A stretch of DNA of 64,000 nt from Octopus vulgaris. Lineage: Eukaryota. Below, piece by piece: positions 38,905 through 52,739 of the stretch. The stretch lies in the NCBI GenBank assembly GCA_951406725.2, contig OX597821.1, positions 2,232,001 to 2,296,000 of the forward strand, written 5' to 3'. Numbering within the stretch: the stretch's first letter is position 1; every line of letters begins with the position of its first letter. Made by a program: the position numbers and the translations under genes. Under the pieces are notes generated by a model. That model had not been told where the DNA came from. It searched no databases and was given only the letters and a program-made list of their open reading frames with translations.

Positions 38905-38964
<60 letters not shown>

Positions 38965-38974
38965 ACATATATAT

Positions 38975-39125
38975 ACGATGGACTTTACCAAATCTACTAA
39001 CAAGGCTTTGGTCGGCCCGAGGCTATAGTAGAAGACACTTACTCAAAGTGCCACACAGTGGGACTGAACCCGGAAGCATGTGGTTTGTAAGCAAGCTACT
39101 TACCACACAGCCACTCCTACGCCTA
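38975..39125 (-). mobile_element. Head of SINE family D
   Basis: caaggctttggtcggcccgaggctatagtagaagacac..accacacagccac. Confidence 0.8.
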
Positions 39126-39209
39126 TACATATAAACAAATAAACATGAGCATGCATTTGTATATATGTGTTTGTGTGCATACAAAAATACACACATATAT
39201 GCATGTATA

Positions 39210-39263
<54 letters not shown>

Positions 39264-39559
39264 GTGGCATAGTTAAATTCGTTTAGCCATTCCTTGCCAG
39301 AAAATATTGCTCCTGCTACTTACTTTCTCAGTCCCTCATCGGGCAAGTAAGCCGTTATTTAGTCAGTTTCTAGTCGATTTCCGATCCAAAACCACTCCAT
39401 TTCTGACTATCTCGCCTTTTTTAACAGACAGTACAATATCCCCACAGCTTACATCGTTTATTCTTAAACGATTGAGTATGATGCGAGGAATGTTCGATTG
39501 CAATTTCTCCCATAATCTCCCACGTTGATTTCTGGAATCTGTATTACATATCTCTCTCT

Positions 39560-40168
39560 AATACAGGCACAAAGTCTGAAATTTGGAGGGAAGGGACTGG
39601 TCGATTACATCGATCCCACTATTTCACTGGTACTTAATCTCTCAATCCCGAAAGGCTGAAAGGCGAAGTCCACCCTGGCGGAATATGATCTGAGAATGTA
39701 GCAACGGGTGATTTGCCTCTACGCATTTCGTCCAGTGAGTTAAAGAGTCATATTTCTTTATTGCCCACAAGGGGCTAAACACAGATGGGACAAACAAGGA
39801 CAGGTAAAGCGATTAAGTCGATTATATCGACCCCAGTGCATAACTCGTACTTAATTTATCGACCCCGAAAGGATGAAAGGCAAAGTCTACCTCGGCGGAA
39901 TTTGAACTCAGAACGTAACGGCAGACGAAATACTTATTTCTTTACTGCCCATAAGGGGCTAAACACAGAGAGGACAAAGAAGGAGAGACAAACGGATTAA
40001 GTCAATTATATCGACCCCAGTGCGTAACTGGTACTTAATTTATCGACCCAGAAAGGATGAAAGGCAAAGTCGACCTTGGCGGAATTTGAACTTTGAACGT
40101 AACGGCAGACGAAATACGGCTACGTATTTAGCCCGGCGTGCTAACGATTCTGCCAGCTCGCCGCCTTA
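39560..40168 (-). mobile_element. Tandem SINE family A copies
   Basis: Three successive bodies; units at about 39751-39932 and 39935-40168 are closely similar. Confidence 0.85.
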
Positions 40169-40874
40169 AATCTATATTACATAATGCTGTTACTTTATTG
40201 CACTTACGTTAACTTCGGTTTGCGCAGACGTGTCTCATATAATAATTCCTCGTGGTGGTGAAAAGCACGTAAAAATTGTTATTAGCCAATGTATAAACCA
40301 TTCCTATACAGGCTGTAATATTACGCTTTCCTTTTTATATTTTTCTTCGTTTTCTTGTTTGCTGATTTTCTTGGCAATAGCAAATAATACGACGATTTTT
40401 TAATGTAATGGTGGTAATGTGATTCCTGCTTCTATTAATGTTGTTGTTGCACTTATTGTTGGTGTTGTTTTTGTTGTTGTTGCTTTTGCTGTTATGACTG
40501 TCGTTCCTTTGAAATTGTATATGGACCTACACTTCTCCATCTTACGCAGATATATACACTACCACACATTACGCAGATATATACGCGAAGACACAGGAAT
40601 ACGTATTCTACACAAACATACACACGCACACTCACACACATACTTGTGTGTGTGTGTGTGTGTGTGTGCGTCTGTGCGCATGCGCGTGTGTGCCGGTTTC
40701 TTTATATGACTTCAAATATAGAGAAAAAAAGAAAAAGAAAAGGGACGGAAAGAGAGAATACAAATAAATTAACAAGTACATGTCTTCATATGAAGATAGA
40801 TATCCATTCATTTTTACAATACATACGCAGATATGCACACGTACATATGTATTTGTATGTGTGTATATATGCAT

Positions 40875-40925
<51 letters not shown>

Positions 40926-40967
40926 TATATAGATATACAATATCCTATATACTCAAAATTACACAAG

Positions 40968-41074
<107 letters not shown>

Positions 41075-41917
41075 GCTTATGTGAGAGGAGAAATAAAAGC
41101 AAACTAAAAGAGGGAGGAAGAAGAGAGGGGTAAAGAAAAACATATCAACGAATGAAGACCATTGAGATCGTTTGTGAATGAGCGGACTATTCTCTGCGCT
41201 CTAGGACGATACTAGACACACACATGTTAAGCAATAAATAAAAGACGAATATTAATCGAGTATGGAACATCCATCAACACCTCCAATATTGGCTCGATGC
41301 TATGTTAATTAACAGAATAGCAGATGTCATTTCATTCCAGAACGGATCTGGTGAATGCTTAAAGATCTTCTGTCCAGGACTGTCCAGTTAAGCAGGTGGT
41401 CAGAGCAGCAATAAAAACGTAATTTTCGCAGGCGTTTTCAATAGAAGACTGAGGAGATAGAAAAACCAATGAACGCACGAACGAAATGAAAGGATGAGAC
41501 ATAAAGAAGGAAAGGAAAGAAAGAAGGCTGAAAGGAAAAAGGAAAGGAAGGAAGGATAGAAAGAGACGTGTGATGTCTCTATGCTTTGATTATGTCTTTT
41601 CTCTGTCTTTCTTTCTTTCTCTCTCTCTCTCTCTTTCCCTCTGTCTCTCTCTTTGTGTGTCTCCCTCCCCCCTCTCACTCTCCATCTCTTTCAGTGTAAA
41701 GGCGATTTACAACTACAAAGACTGTCGCCTTGTTGATGGAATGAATGAATGAGAGAATGAATAAATGAATAGAATAGATTAGAATAGATGAGAATGAAAT
41801 ATTGGTTTGCTCTTGTAGAACAGAATTCAATAGTTGTTCCTATGATGCTAGGTAATGCCATAAAACACACACACACATATATATATATATATATTTATAT
41901 ATACATATACAAGCATT

Positions 41918-41953
<36 letters not shown>

Positions 41954-42325
41954 AAGAGAGAGAGGGAGATTGATAGCATATTGGAGGGTAAGGTACAGGG
42001 AACTCTCTTGCTTGCATTTATTTTGTGTATGCTTTTATCTAAATTTTCTGAGCAAACATATTCCGGGTGTCATTTTTCTATCTATTTATCATTCTATTCC
42101 CATCTTTATCTATTAATCGATTTATCTTGCCTTAAATCCATAAATCGTTCAGGCAGTCAATATATCTACATCTACGCATTATATACATGCGTGTGCCCAG
42201 TGAGTTTATGTAAGTATATATGTAAGTTTATATATATATATATATACATTGTATGTATGAGTATGTGTACAAAAAACTATGGATGTATATGTTTGCATAT
42301 ATGATTGTATGTAAGTATATGCATC

Positions 42326-42365
<40 letters not shown>

Positions 42366-43214
42366 AAAATACAAAGAGCTACGTGTATCATTACGCGTGA
42401 GGTAAGTGTGTATATATGTATGTGTGTGTGAGATATATATATAGAGAGAAACAGAGACAGAGAGAGGTGGGGGGTGCATTGAATATTGGAGAATATCGCT
42501 AATTATTATTACAACGTAACGCAATCGAAACCTTTGTACATCAACACAATTGCTCGCAAGGAATATTTCATTGCTTTTCACATATGAGATCAGTTTTCCT
42601 GTGACCTACATCTTCCGGTTTTAATCCATCTGTGAACCTGTCATTGAAACCGATCGATCGAAAATGCCAATGTAATACGTTATGCGATGGCAATGCCTTT
42701 TAGCGTTTCCCAAAATACTGTCCATTACAAACTTGTCAAGTTAAATATACCTCGATTTGTAAAACAGGGAAATAAAAGATTGATAATCCCTAGGGTCTGT
42801 GCAGCATTCATGATATTCTAGAAATGTCTTGAGAAATAGATTTGCCCTTTTCATCAGAATGTCCTGTACCCAAATTCGACCTTAATTCTGCAAAGATCGA
42901 CTCCATTCTATTGGTTTTTGAAAGTAATTATAGCTATGAGAATAGGACAAAGAACAGACACGCCTCGATACACCCCCCACACACACACAAACACACACAC
43001 ACACACACACTTACATATAATAATATAATGATAATGTATATTCTTTGATTTAAAGCGACATTTATACATAAACAAATTGTATGAAAACTGATGAGCTAAC
43101 CCTAGCCAGAACGGAGCCCTCATATCAACACTTACATGGTTACATAGACGCTTTCTCTTCATAACTTACAAAGCCTTCTGTTTGTCGCCATGATAGATCG
43201 TTAGCCATTACACA

Positions 43215-43381
43215 CATTTTTCTCTCCTTGTTTCTCTCCTTGTTTTCCTGTGTCCCTCTCTGTAGTAGAGCGTAGGCTCGAAACGTAAAAGACATTTTTC
43301 TCTTCCTGAGCGTCATACTAATACATCTCTTTGTTTTGTACACCACCTGAGTTCGTCCTTTGTTTTTTCGTAAACTCTCCC

Positions 43382-43385
<4 letters not shown>
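43215..43385 (+). mobile_element. PLE pLTR-like remnant with degenerate minimal HHR
   Basis: ctgtagta gagc gtag gctc GAAAC GTA aaag at about 43260-43291, T-rich tail, ends at (TA)n. Confidence 0.45.
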
Positions 43386-43447
<62 letters not shown>

Positions 43448-43448
<1 letters not shown>

Positions 43449-43845
43449 TAGCAGTATCGCCCGGCGTTGCTCGGGTTTGTAAGGGAAATAACTATATAAG
43501 CATTTTTAGAGAGTTATAGCCAAAAAATAGCAAAACAATGCATTAAAAATGGAAAAAAATTATGGTAATTTTTTAAAAAAATCGTTGACTCATCGTAGAC
43601 ATTTTTAGAGAGTTACTTCCCTTATATAATAGCGAAAAATGCATTAAAATGGAAAGAAAATATGGTAATTTTTTTAAAAATCGTAGACTCATCGTAGACG
43701 CGCGCTAATACCCAGAAGGGCTCGATATGAATCACGACTATAAGATACCCGGTTTTGGTTAAACTGCACCGCAAAATGTGGGAGTAGTTAGGAATCTAAA
43801 TCGTTGGAGACAGACACACAACCTTACTTTTATATATATATATAC
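43448..43845 (-). mobile_element. Non-autonomous Helitron
   Basis: A|CTAGCAGTATCGCCCGGCGTTGCTCGGG is the reverse complement of the family 3' end. Confidence 0.85.
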
Positions 43846-44169
43846 GTATTACATGTATACATATATTATATATGTTTTCATATATGCCTGTGTGTATTTC
43901 GTGGTTTGCGTGTGTATGTGTGTGTGTAAATGTGTACATGTCTGCATACATACTCATAATTGAAATGTGAGATATATAATTATGTTTGTAGTTAAATATG
44001 TAAATATACGTGCATATGCGTGTTTGTGTGTGTTTATATATGTATACATGTATGTCTATATGTAGTTACATCCTAATACACAGACACATTCATTATTGCG
44101 AAAAGAATTAATAAAACTGTATAGTACCAGTAGCTATTAAACCTTTCCTCACTTCAAGAACTCACAAAC

Positions 44170-44900
44170 TATTGCATCGTTCGATTTTTTAATATTTCTA
44201 TTATATGCCAGGAAAGACTAAACTGCAATTGAAAATTCCTTGATTGAATGAAGACACATTCCAACATGGTGAGAGATTTCTGTTGATACTTCCTGCAAAA
44301 GGCGCCCATCCTTGACACAAATGTAGTGGCGTTCTGTTCTACTGTTTTTATAACTGAAAATGCCAAAGTTTGGTACAAGGTCTTCCAGATGTATATCCCT
44401 TCATATATTTCCCGCCATTGCTCTTTTAGTCTCTCTCAGTAGCTGATATGTCGCATTGGGTCAGACTTCTTGTAGCTTCGCTGACTCGCCTCGAGTTCCG
44501 TTGTTAATTTTGCACTGCTTGGTGACCAGAGTTGGGAGCAAGTATTCCAGAGGGCTGAGAAGAGAAGTTCTTCAGAGGACTATCACGCATTCCTTTTCTC
44601 TTGTTTTGAAAGTTCGAAGGATCCATTCGGTCACACGTCTGCATTTTATTGCTAACTTGGTAGCGAGCACCTGAAAGATGCATCATAACCCATGTCGATG
44701 CCCAGGCTAATTGCTGATTTTGGTTCTGGAATTGGGATCCCCCCTGAATCGGTGCATCCTATCCGCTTTACATTGAACTTCCTATGTTGGTATGGCAGTG
44801 GTTGCATGTTATTTTCGTCAGCCAACCTGTATATTCCGTACAACTCACGCAGTGGGCGCACAACGTCTACTGGGACCTGTATCTTCCGAGGGATTTTGGT
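44170..44900 (-). pseudogene. Decayed CR1-like LINE RT C-terminal fragment
   Basis: Minus-strand remnants LGIDMGYDASF and IYIWK..LVPNFGI resemble CR1-clade C-terminal motifs (recognised by eye). Confidence 0.55.
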
Positions 44901-45077
44901 ATCGTCTGCCTAGCTACCAAAGATGGCTACTTCAGCAGCTGAGGGCCTGTCAGAGAGATTCACTATTAATAGCAGCTGCTCCAGACCAGTGTCCTGTGAA
45001 ACATGACACATATATAAAAAATATACATACACCAACCCTCCTTATATATTTATATTATATTTACATATGTGTTTCTG

Positions 45078-45121
<44 letters not shown>

Positions 45122-45137
<16 letters not shown>

Positions 45138-46686
45138 TGAGAATGTGTGTATGTCTGTCTGTCTGTCTGTGTGTATCCCTAAAACTTGAGAACTACACAA
45201 CCAATTTCATTCAAATTTTACACATGCCTTACTTAATGTCCGGGGAGTGTCATCGGCAAAAAATCTTAACTTTTTTCCCTAGGCCGACCCCACAGCAATA
45301 TCATATCTTCTCCACTATTTCAGTATTACGTGTTAAAAGTGAAACAAAAACGTCTCTCTTTTGTTATGCAGACACTTTCACTTTAATACTGAAACTATTA
45401 AAGTGAAAGTATTATATAACAGGGATGAACCATTAACAATGGTCATCCATTTTGCTAGAAGAAGATCCGCTATGGTCTTATATGCTGCACCACTGGTTTT
45501 CAATTCATATTAATCAAATTAATATTCAATTTTTCACCCTTATGTGTGTGTGTGTGTATATATTAGCAATTCGTATAAAATTGCATCAATGACTTGAACT
45601 TGAATAAGGGGTTTCACATAAATGGAGATAAATTAAAAAGGTTTGTTGTTATTATTATTACTGTTTGACTATTGTAATCACGTTTGCTGGTTCCTCGTCA
45701 GAGAAACGTTGTTCTGTTGTCTTTGTTAAATAATTGTAAACCGTTATCCTCCCCCTTTCGGAGAAGGGGCTTTGGTTATTGTTTAAAAGTTGAATTTTGT
45801 CCCTGTTTGGGGAACTTGACAATATTTTCACCGACTTTACGGAAGCATTTTTGCTAAAATGCCTTCAATAGAAGAAAGTCCAAAAATGAATTTCGCTGCA
45901 GCCGTACACTTCTATGCATGAAGGAGGACAAGATCCAATTGATCGAAATTGCTAGAGACGGGCCTCAAATTCCAGTCTGTTATATATTTTGAGTATTGTT
46001 ATCACTAGCCATATCAAGATATAACTTTGTATTTTGTATTTTATGTGTAGATGTATATATATATATATATAGATGTACATGTAATATGTACACATATATA
46101 TATACACATATATACATGCATAATATATCTACCCATACACACATACGCACACACACACACATATATAGGGGCAGGTGTGGCTGTGTGTTAACAAACTACG
46201 TTCCAAACACATGGTTCTGGGTCCTTTCTGGATGTGGAAAAGGTGATGACGTCTTTATTCCAAGAATTTCTCTTACTCCATCAGGAGTAGAAATTCCATT
46301 TACATTCAGAAGACTGCAGTTCCCCCTTCGTGTCAGCTTTGCCATGTCCATTAACAAATCTCTGGGTCAAACCCACTCTGTGGCTGGTCTTCTCTTGGAA
46401 GAGCCCTGTTTCTCGCATGGTCAACTGTATGTTGGCTGCTCAAGAGTAGGAACCAAAAGAAATCTTTTTATATATGCTCCACAAGGAAAAGCAAGGAATA
46501 TTGTTTACAGCCAGGAGGTATATACATGATCCCCTTGTTTAACAAACTTCATGTACTTTTATGTAGTTATATTAATATACACACATATATATATATGTGT
46601 GTGTGTGTGTGTATCCATGTATATATAACAGAAAAGTCTAATTCTTCAATTGAATGTAACCGGGCAACGCCGGGTATCTCTGCTAG
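45122..46686 (+). mobile_element. Helitron deletion derivative retaining the Pif1-like helicase C-terminus
   Basis: 5' end matches 22393; hairpin ccgggcaacgccggg and CTAG|T at 46683-46686. Confidence 0.8.
46222..46529 (+). pseudogene. RepHel Pif1-family helicase fragment
   Basis: VFIPRI..FRRLQFPLRVSFAMSINKSLGQT..FSHGQLYVGCSRV..RNIVY. Confidence 0.9.
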
Positions 46687-46765
46687 TATATATATATACA
46701 TTTATACATAGATATACATATATATACAAATATATATATATACATATGTACATATATATACATAC

Positions 46766-46852
<87 letters not shown>

Positions 46853-47006
46853 CATATATATATATATACAATTAGTGAATGGAAGAAATGGAGTTGAACG
46901 AAGATTGTACAGAATTCCTTTTATTACAGAATTCCTTTTGCTACCCAGGTATCGGTTAAACTTTTGAATAATCCGTAACAAGATAATTCATCTTTCCATT
47001 TCAACA

Positions 47007-47067
<61 letters not shown>

Positions 47068-47292
47068 GCGAGCTGCCAGAAACGTTAGAAAGCCGGGCGA
47101 AATGCTTAGCGCTATTTCGTCTGCCGCTACGTTCTGAGTACAAATTCCGCCTAGGTCGACTTTGCCTTTAATCTTTTCCGGGTTGATTAAATAAGTATCA
47201 GTTACGCACTGGGGTCGTTTTAATCGACTGAAACCCTTTGTCTCTCCTTGTTTGTCCCCTCTATTTTTAGCCCCATGTGGGCAATAAATAAA
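47068..47292 (+). mobile_element. SINE family A, full length
   Basis: gcgagctgccagaaacgttag..gtgggcaataaataaata. Confidence 0.85.
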
Positions 47293-47311
47293 TAAATATT
47301 TATATATAAAT

Positions 47312-47448
47312 AGACGCAGTTGTGGTTGTGTGTTAAGAAGCTTGCTTCCCAACTACATGCTTCCGGGTTCAGTCTCACTGCGTTTCTTCTTGAGCCAACC
47401 CAAACCTTGTACGTGGATCTGGTAGACGGAAACTGTAAGGAGCGTCTC

Positions 47449-47495
<47 letters not shown>

Positions 47496-47888
47496 TCAAA
47501 TGAAATTAAAAAACAGAACACAAAGGATGTCGCGGTACACGTGTTTCAAGCTTTATAAAACAACATATTCTTACATTAATGTATAATCGACATAACAGAT
47601 GGTTTAAAGTTCTCTTCAGCCGCAATGAAATTGCTGTACCAAAGACTTCCATCACATTAGGAAAAAAACGAAAATGTACATTTTGAATTATCTATAATGG
47701 TGGGTATATTGAGTTTCACTGAGAAAGTAAGTTTGTAAATCTTCATAATCAAAAATCCCTCAATACTATATCATCAGTCAACATAGAGTCTGTGTTCTAT
47801 TTTTTATTTCATTTGATGCTTATACCTTCTTACCACTGCTACTAGCTGGCATATACAGGGGCTTACACTTATCAAGTATTCATCGTGA

Positions 47889-47925
<37 letters not shown>

Positions 47926-48189
47926 TATAGATATATATGTATTTCTCTGTGTGTGTAAATATATATGTATATATTTATGTTTGTGTCTTTTTGTCAGTGT
48001 TTGTCACCCTTCCCTTGACAACCGATCTTAGTGTGTTTACGTCCTCGTAACTTAGCGTTTCGGCAAAACAAACCTATAGAATAAGTACTTGGCATATAAA
48101 GAATAAGTCCTGGGTTCGAAATTATTCGACTAAAGTGCGGCTCTCAAGCATGGCTGCAGTTAAACGACTGAAAAAGTTACATAATAAAA

Positions 48190-48192
<3 letters not shown>
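47312..48192 (+). mobile_element. SINE family D interrupted by an HHR element in its internal microsatellite
   Basis: Head 47312-47450, tail about 47990-48192. Confidence 0.7.
47532..47623 (-). ncRNA. Type I hammerhead ribozyme with canonical core
   Basis: Minus: gcgg CTGAAGA gaacttta..taaagctt GAAA cacgtg TA ccgc. Confidence 0.75.
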
Positions 48193-48234
<42 letters not shown>

Positions 48235-48237
<3 letters not shown>

Positions 48238-49442
48238 GGTGTCCCAAAAAATGTATACACACTTTAGCAGCTGATAACACAATTGATTTTTTTTCTTTCC
48301 AGATGAAACCTATAGAATTTAATGATGGCAGTCAGATTAAGCTTTGAACAAAGACAATTCATTCTAAAATGATACTGGAAGTGTGAAAATGCAGTTGAAG
48401 TGCAAAAACAGTTGGGGAGGGAGTTTCAAACAGATCCACCAATGCAACTCCCTATCACTTGTATTAGAGATAAGTTTGAAGCTGATGGAACTGTTCAGAA
48501 TGTCCACGATAAGCATTCCAGAAGACCCCGAACATCAACAACCCCAACAAAGCAAGGAGTACTGGAAATGAATCACCAAAGTCCAAGAAAATCTGTACGG
48601 CAAAGCGAGTCATGAGGTAGGTTTTCCAAAATCATCTGTCCAATGCATTTTGAAGCATTGTCAATGGAAAAGTTACATTCCAAGATTAGTCCATGCTATT
48701 AATGATGATGATCCAGACGAAAGAGTGCAGCATTGCGAGTGGTACTTGGAACGATGTGTAGAAGCTGCACACTTTCCAACAAAAATTGTGTGGAGTGATG
48801 AAGCCACATTCAAATTAAATGGTTCAATTAACTGCCACAATTGCACCTACTGGGGTCCTGAGAATATGCATGTTATGGTGAAACACCCTGTTAATTTGAT
48901 ATTTGTGTGGTGTGGTTTATCATCAAGAGGATTAATTGGACCATTCTTTTGTTATGCTACTGTGACTGGTCCCGTTTACTTAAACTTGTTGCAACAGTCT
49001 GTTATGCCAAGCATTAGAGAAGACTTTGAAGATGAGGAGTTTTATTTTCAGCAAGATGGGGCACCCCCACACTACCATTGCTATGTTAGATCCTTCCTTG
49101 ATGAGATCTTGCTAAACAGGTGGATTGGATGAAGAGGTATGGTTGAATTCACCAGACCTCACACCACTAGACTTTTTTATGAGGATACCTTAAAGACAAA
49201 TTCTACGCTATGAAACATACAGGTCGCTGATTTGAGAGCAGCCATTGGACGAGAGTGCACACGAGTGATATTTGTGATTCCATTCCTTTGCGTTGTCAGC
49301 AGTGCCTTGATCAGACCGGACATCAGTTTGAAAACAGGCATTGACAAAATAGATCCTATTAAATTTTGAAAATGAAGTGTCTTTTAATAAACAACTACTT
49401 TACAATTGTTTAAAGTGTGCAGACATTTTTTGGGACACCCTG
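48235..49442 (+). mobile_element. Tc1/mariner element, probably DD41D (rosa-like), decayed
   Basis: TIR CAGGGTGTCCCAAAAAATGT / ACATTTTTTGGGACACCCTG, TA flanks; [26 protein letters not shown]. Confidence 0.9.
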
Positions 49443-49451
49443 TATATATAC

Positions 49452-50530
49452 ATAATAAATACGAAAACTAATTTCTGTCTGTCAGTGTGTCGCAATTTGA
49501 TACCTTCTCTCACTCTTCAATGACACTACTACTGTTCCTCATGGTGGGATGAGGGTGATAGTAGGCATAGAGACGGTTAGCGCGGTGGCGAAGACAAAGA
49601 GAGATAGAGATATAAAGAAAAAGAGAGAGAGCAAAAGAGAGACAAAGAAATTTAGAGGTAGTTGATGATGTTTTATTAAAAGTATTAGTGTTGATGGTGG
49701 CAGTGGGAGTAATAATATGAGAGAGAGATAGGGGGGAGAGAGAGAGAGAAAGCGGGTATGTGAGAGGAAGGTGGAGAAGATGTAGAACTTTGTTTAACCA
49801 TGTCTCTTTGACAGAAATTCTGGTGGCCAACATACTGAACCCTGAACTAATATACTGAACCCTTTAACACAACCAATTCAGCCTTTTGCTTTATTTTTTG
49901 CTTTCTTTAATACAAACACAGAAACAAACGGACACTCTCTTCATGCACATATACTAAATACACTTTAATTGAAATACAGTTTCTCCAAAATTAAGCATAT
50001 TTAGTATAATAAATGTGAATGCCAGGGTGTCAGTGTGGTACTTTTTCAACTCTGATCCTAGAGGCCGTAGCCCAACATATACCATTTGGGAATCAGGATG
50101 ACTCCATGAGGAAATTAAAAACATTCCGATCCGAATCCGGATCCACGTCCTAAAATTTTGGATTCCCAATTTTCATTAATATGATGATTTTCGGCGATTT
50201 TTAAAATTTTTACGTGAAATTTTACACTTTTTTTAAGAGCAGTAACAATTTTTTATAATGTTAGGCCAACTCTGTCAGTAAAATAAAAACATTCCGGGCC
50301 GAGCCTGGACCTGCAATCCTGAGATTTAGGATTCCTATGTTTTCATTATTGCGATGGTTTTCGATAATTATTATACATGATATCATGCAACGAATATGAT
50401 TCTCATAAGGACATAACTCCGGGGAAACAATTGCGACAAATTTTCCAAAACAAATCATAGATCTGTTTTCTTATCTTCCCATTCGGATTCAGTCGCTTAA
50501 ATGGTATATACTAGCTTAAAAACCGCCCGA
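49452..50530. repeat. Unclassified repeat block, possibly rolling-circle derived
   Basis: Helitron-like 5' pattern ATAATAAATACGAAAAC..CTGTCTGTC; termini not resolved. Confidence 0.3.
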
Positions 50531-50532
50531 TA

Positions 50533-51047
50533 TCTATATATATAAAACTCTAGTTGTGTGAGTGTCTGTCCCCTTCGATTTAGATTCCTAACTCCTCCCA
50601 CATTTTGCGGTGCAGTTTAACCAAATTCGGGTATCTTATAGTCGTGATTAATATCTAGCCCGTCTGGCTATTAGCGCGCGTCTACGATGAGTCTACGATT
50701 TTAAAAATAATTTAACATCATTTTTTATTCCATTTTAATGCATAAAATGCATCGTGTGTCGATGGCGGCAGAGTTGGCGTCCACGCTCAAACACCTGCAC
50801 CTGTGTTTGCTTCTCCCCCTTCTTCCCTCCCTCGTGAAGCTGTGGGGAAGGGAGTTTAAGGACATCAACGTCGTAATGCGTTGTCAAGGAGACCGGCGTT
50901 CTTTTAGAACAACGACTTCATGGCTTGAAGACACCAAAACAAAAATAGCTAAGAAAGCCCGAATTGGCATCTATAAAGGAAGTAACTCTCTAAAAATGCT
51001 TATATAGTTATTTCCCTTACAAACCCGAGCAACGCCGGGCGATACTG

Positions 51048-51051
<4 letters not shown>
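50533..51051 (+). mobile_element. Non-autonomous Helitron
   Basis: TC start, terminal hairpin; near-identical to 51311-51829. Confidence 0.85.
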
Positions 51052-51091
<40 letters not shown>

Positions 51092-51310
51092 GTAAAATAT
51101 CAACGAAAATGCATATTGCAAATAGAAAAAGGCTATTTATGACAGGTAGTGACAAATATATACATTTAGATTGACTGCGGTAGTAATACGAGTCATAAAG
51201 GTCATTATTATGAGATGATTATAAGATGATAATAAAGTAAGAAAACAAAACGAACCAATGGTTTACGCTAAGGTTATTCATCGTTTGAACAACACCGGTT
51301 AATATATATA

Positions 51311-51829
51311 TCTATATATATAAAACTGTAGTTGTGTGAGTGTCTGTCTCCTACGATTTAGATTCCTAACTCCTCCCACATTTTGCGGTGCAGTTTAACC
51401 AAATTCGGGTATCTTATAGTCGTGAATAATATCAAGCCCGTCTGGCTATTAGCGCGCGTCTACGATGAGTCTACGATTTTAAAAATAATTTAACATCATT
51501 TTTTATTCCATTTTAATGCATAAAATGCATCGTGGGTCGATGGCGGCGGAGTTGGCGTCCACGCTCAAACACCTGCACCTGTGTTTGCTTCTCCCCCTTC
51601 TTCCCTCCCTCATGAAGCTGTGGGGAAGGGAGTTTAAGGAAATCAACGTCGTAATGCGTTGTCAAGGAGACCAGCGTTCTTTTAGAACAACGACTTCATG
51701 GCTTGAAGACACCAAAACAGAAATGGCTAAGAAAGCCCGAATTGGCATCTATAAAGGAAGTAACTCTCTAAAAATGCTTATATAGTTATTTCTCTTACAA
51801 ACCCGAGCAACGCCGGGCGATACTGCTAG
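51311..51829 (+). mobile_element. Non-autonomous Helitron
   Basis: A|TC start, cccgagcaacgccggg hairpin, CTAG|T. Confidence 0.88.
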
Positions 51830-51859
<30 letters not shown>

Positions 51860-51862
<3 letters not shown>

Positions 51863-52028
51863 GATAGGCTTCTTTCATTTTCCCTCTACTACCTTCACTG
51901 ACAAGAGTTTGGTCGGTCCAAGGCTATAGGAGAAAAAAATTGCGCCCGACATGCCACACTGTGCGACTGAACCCGGAACGTTGTGGGTGAAAAGTAAGCT
52001 TGTAACCAAACGGCCACGCCTGCGCCTA
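51860..52028 (-). mobile_element. Head of SINE family D, diverged
   Basis: gactgaacccggaac..gccacgcctgcgccta. Confidence 0.65.
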
Positions 52029-52739
52029 TATGAAATAATCAGCGAGATGCATGTGAATGTATTTCTTGCCGACCTAAAATTGTATTAGCCCTGTAAGCTG
52101 AATGAAACATTTATTTCATTATGTATCTGTGTTGGCCAATATTATTTGTATCGTCACCGTTGAAATTTTGAAGTATACACGTGAAAAACAACGTAATCTC
52201 GTAATAAAGGAAAACTATATCAGCTTATTGATTTTGGTCTTGTTTATATAATTTCATCACAACAAGATAATGTTATAAATAAATATTTTATTTGGGTAGG
52301 AGGTTTCTAATTACGCATTATACATATTTTAACTACAGTACTCTGAAATGTCCATGATACTGAAGCGAATTACACAAGTCTACGGACGATGAAAATCATT
52401 GATATTTTTGGATAAGATCTTTTGAGGGCATTCTACATTTATCTGTTTAGCTTATGCGTTAAAATTTTATTTCCATGCATGTCACATGCCTCCCTTTCTC
52501 ACACAAAAGTACATGTATGTATATATACACGCATTCATACGTTCAAATTTATACTTACACACACACATTGAAGCGTTTTGAAGAATCTTTCCTTGTATAT
52601 ACGCGTCTGTGCCCATCTATCTATCTATCTGTCTGTCAGTCGATCTAGCTATCTGTCAGTCTGTCTGTCTGTCTAGCTTTCTATTTCATTATTTGTCTGT
52701 TTGTCTATGTATGTATGTATGTATGTATGTATCTATCTA

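Noticed and set aside
45996-46529. Host Pif1 helicase gene
   Set aside because: Only the C-terminal motifs are present, followed by a Helitron hairpin and CTAG; the ORF's N-terminus is microsatellite and SINE sequence
50738-51785. Duplicated 89-aa ORF
   Set aside because: Lies inside two copies of a non-autonomous Helitron with no domain evidence
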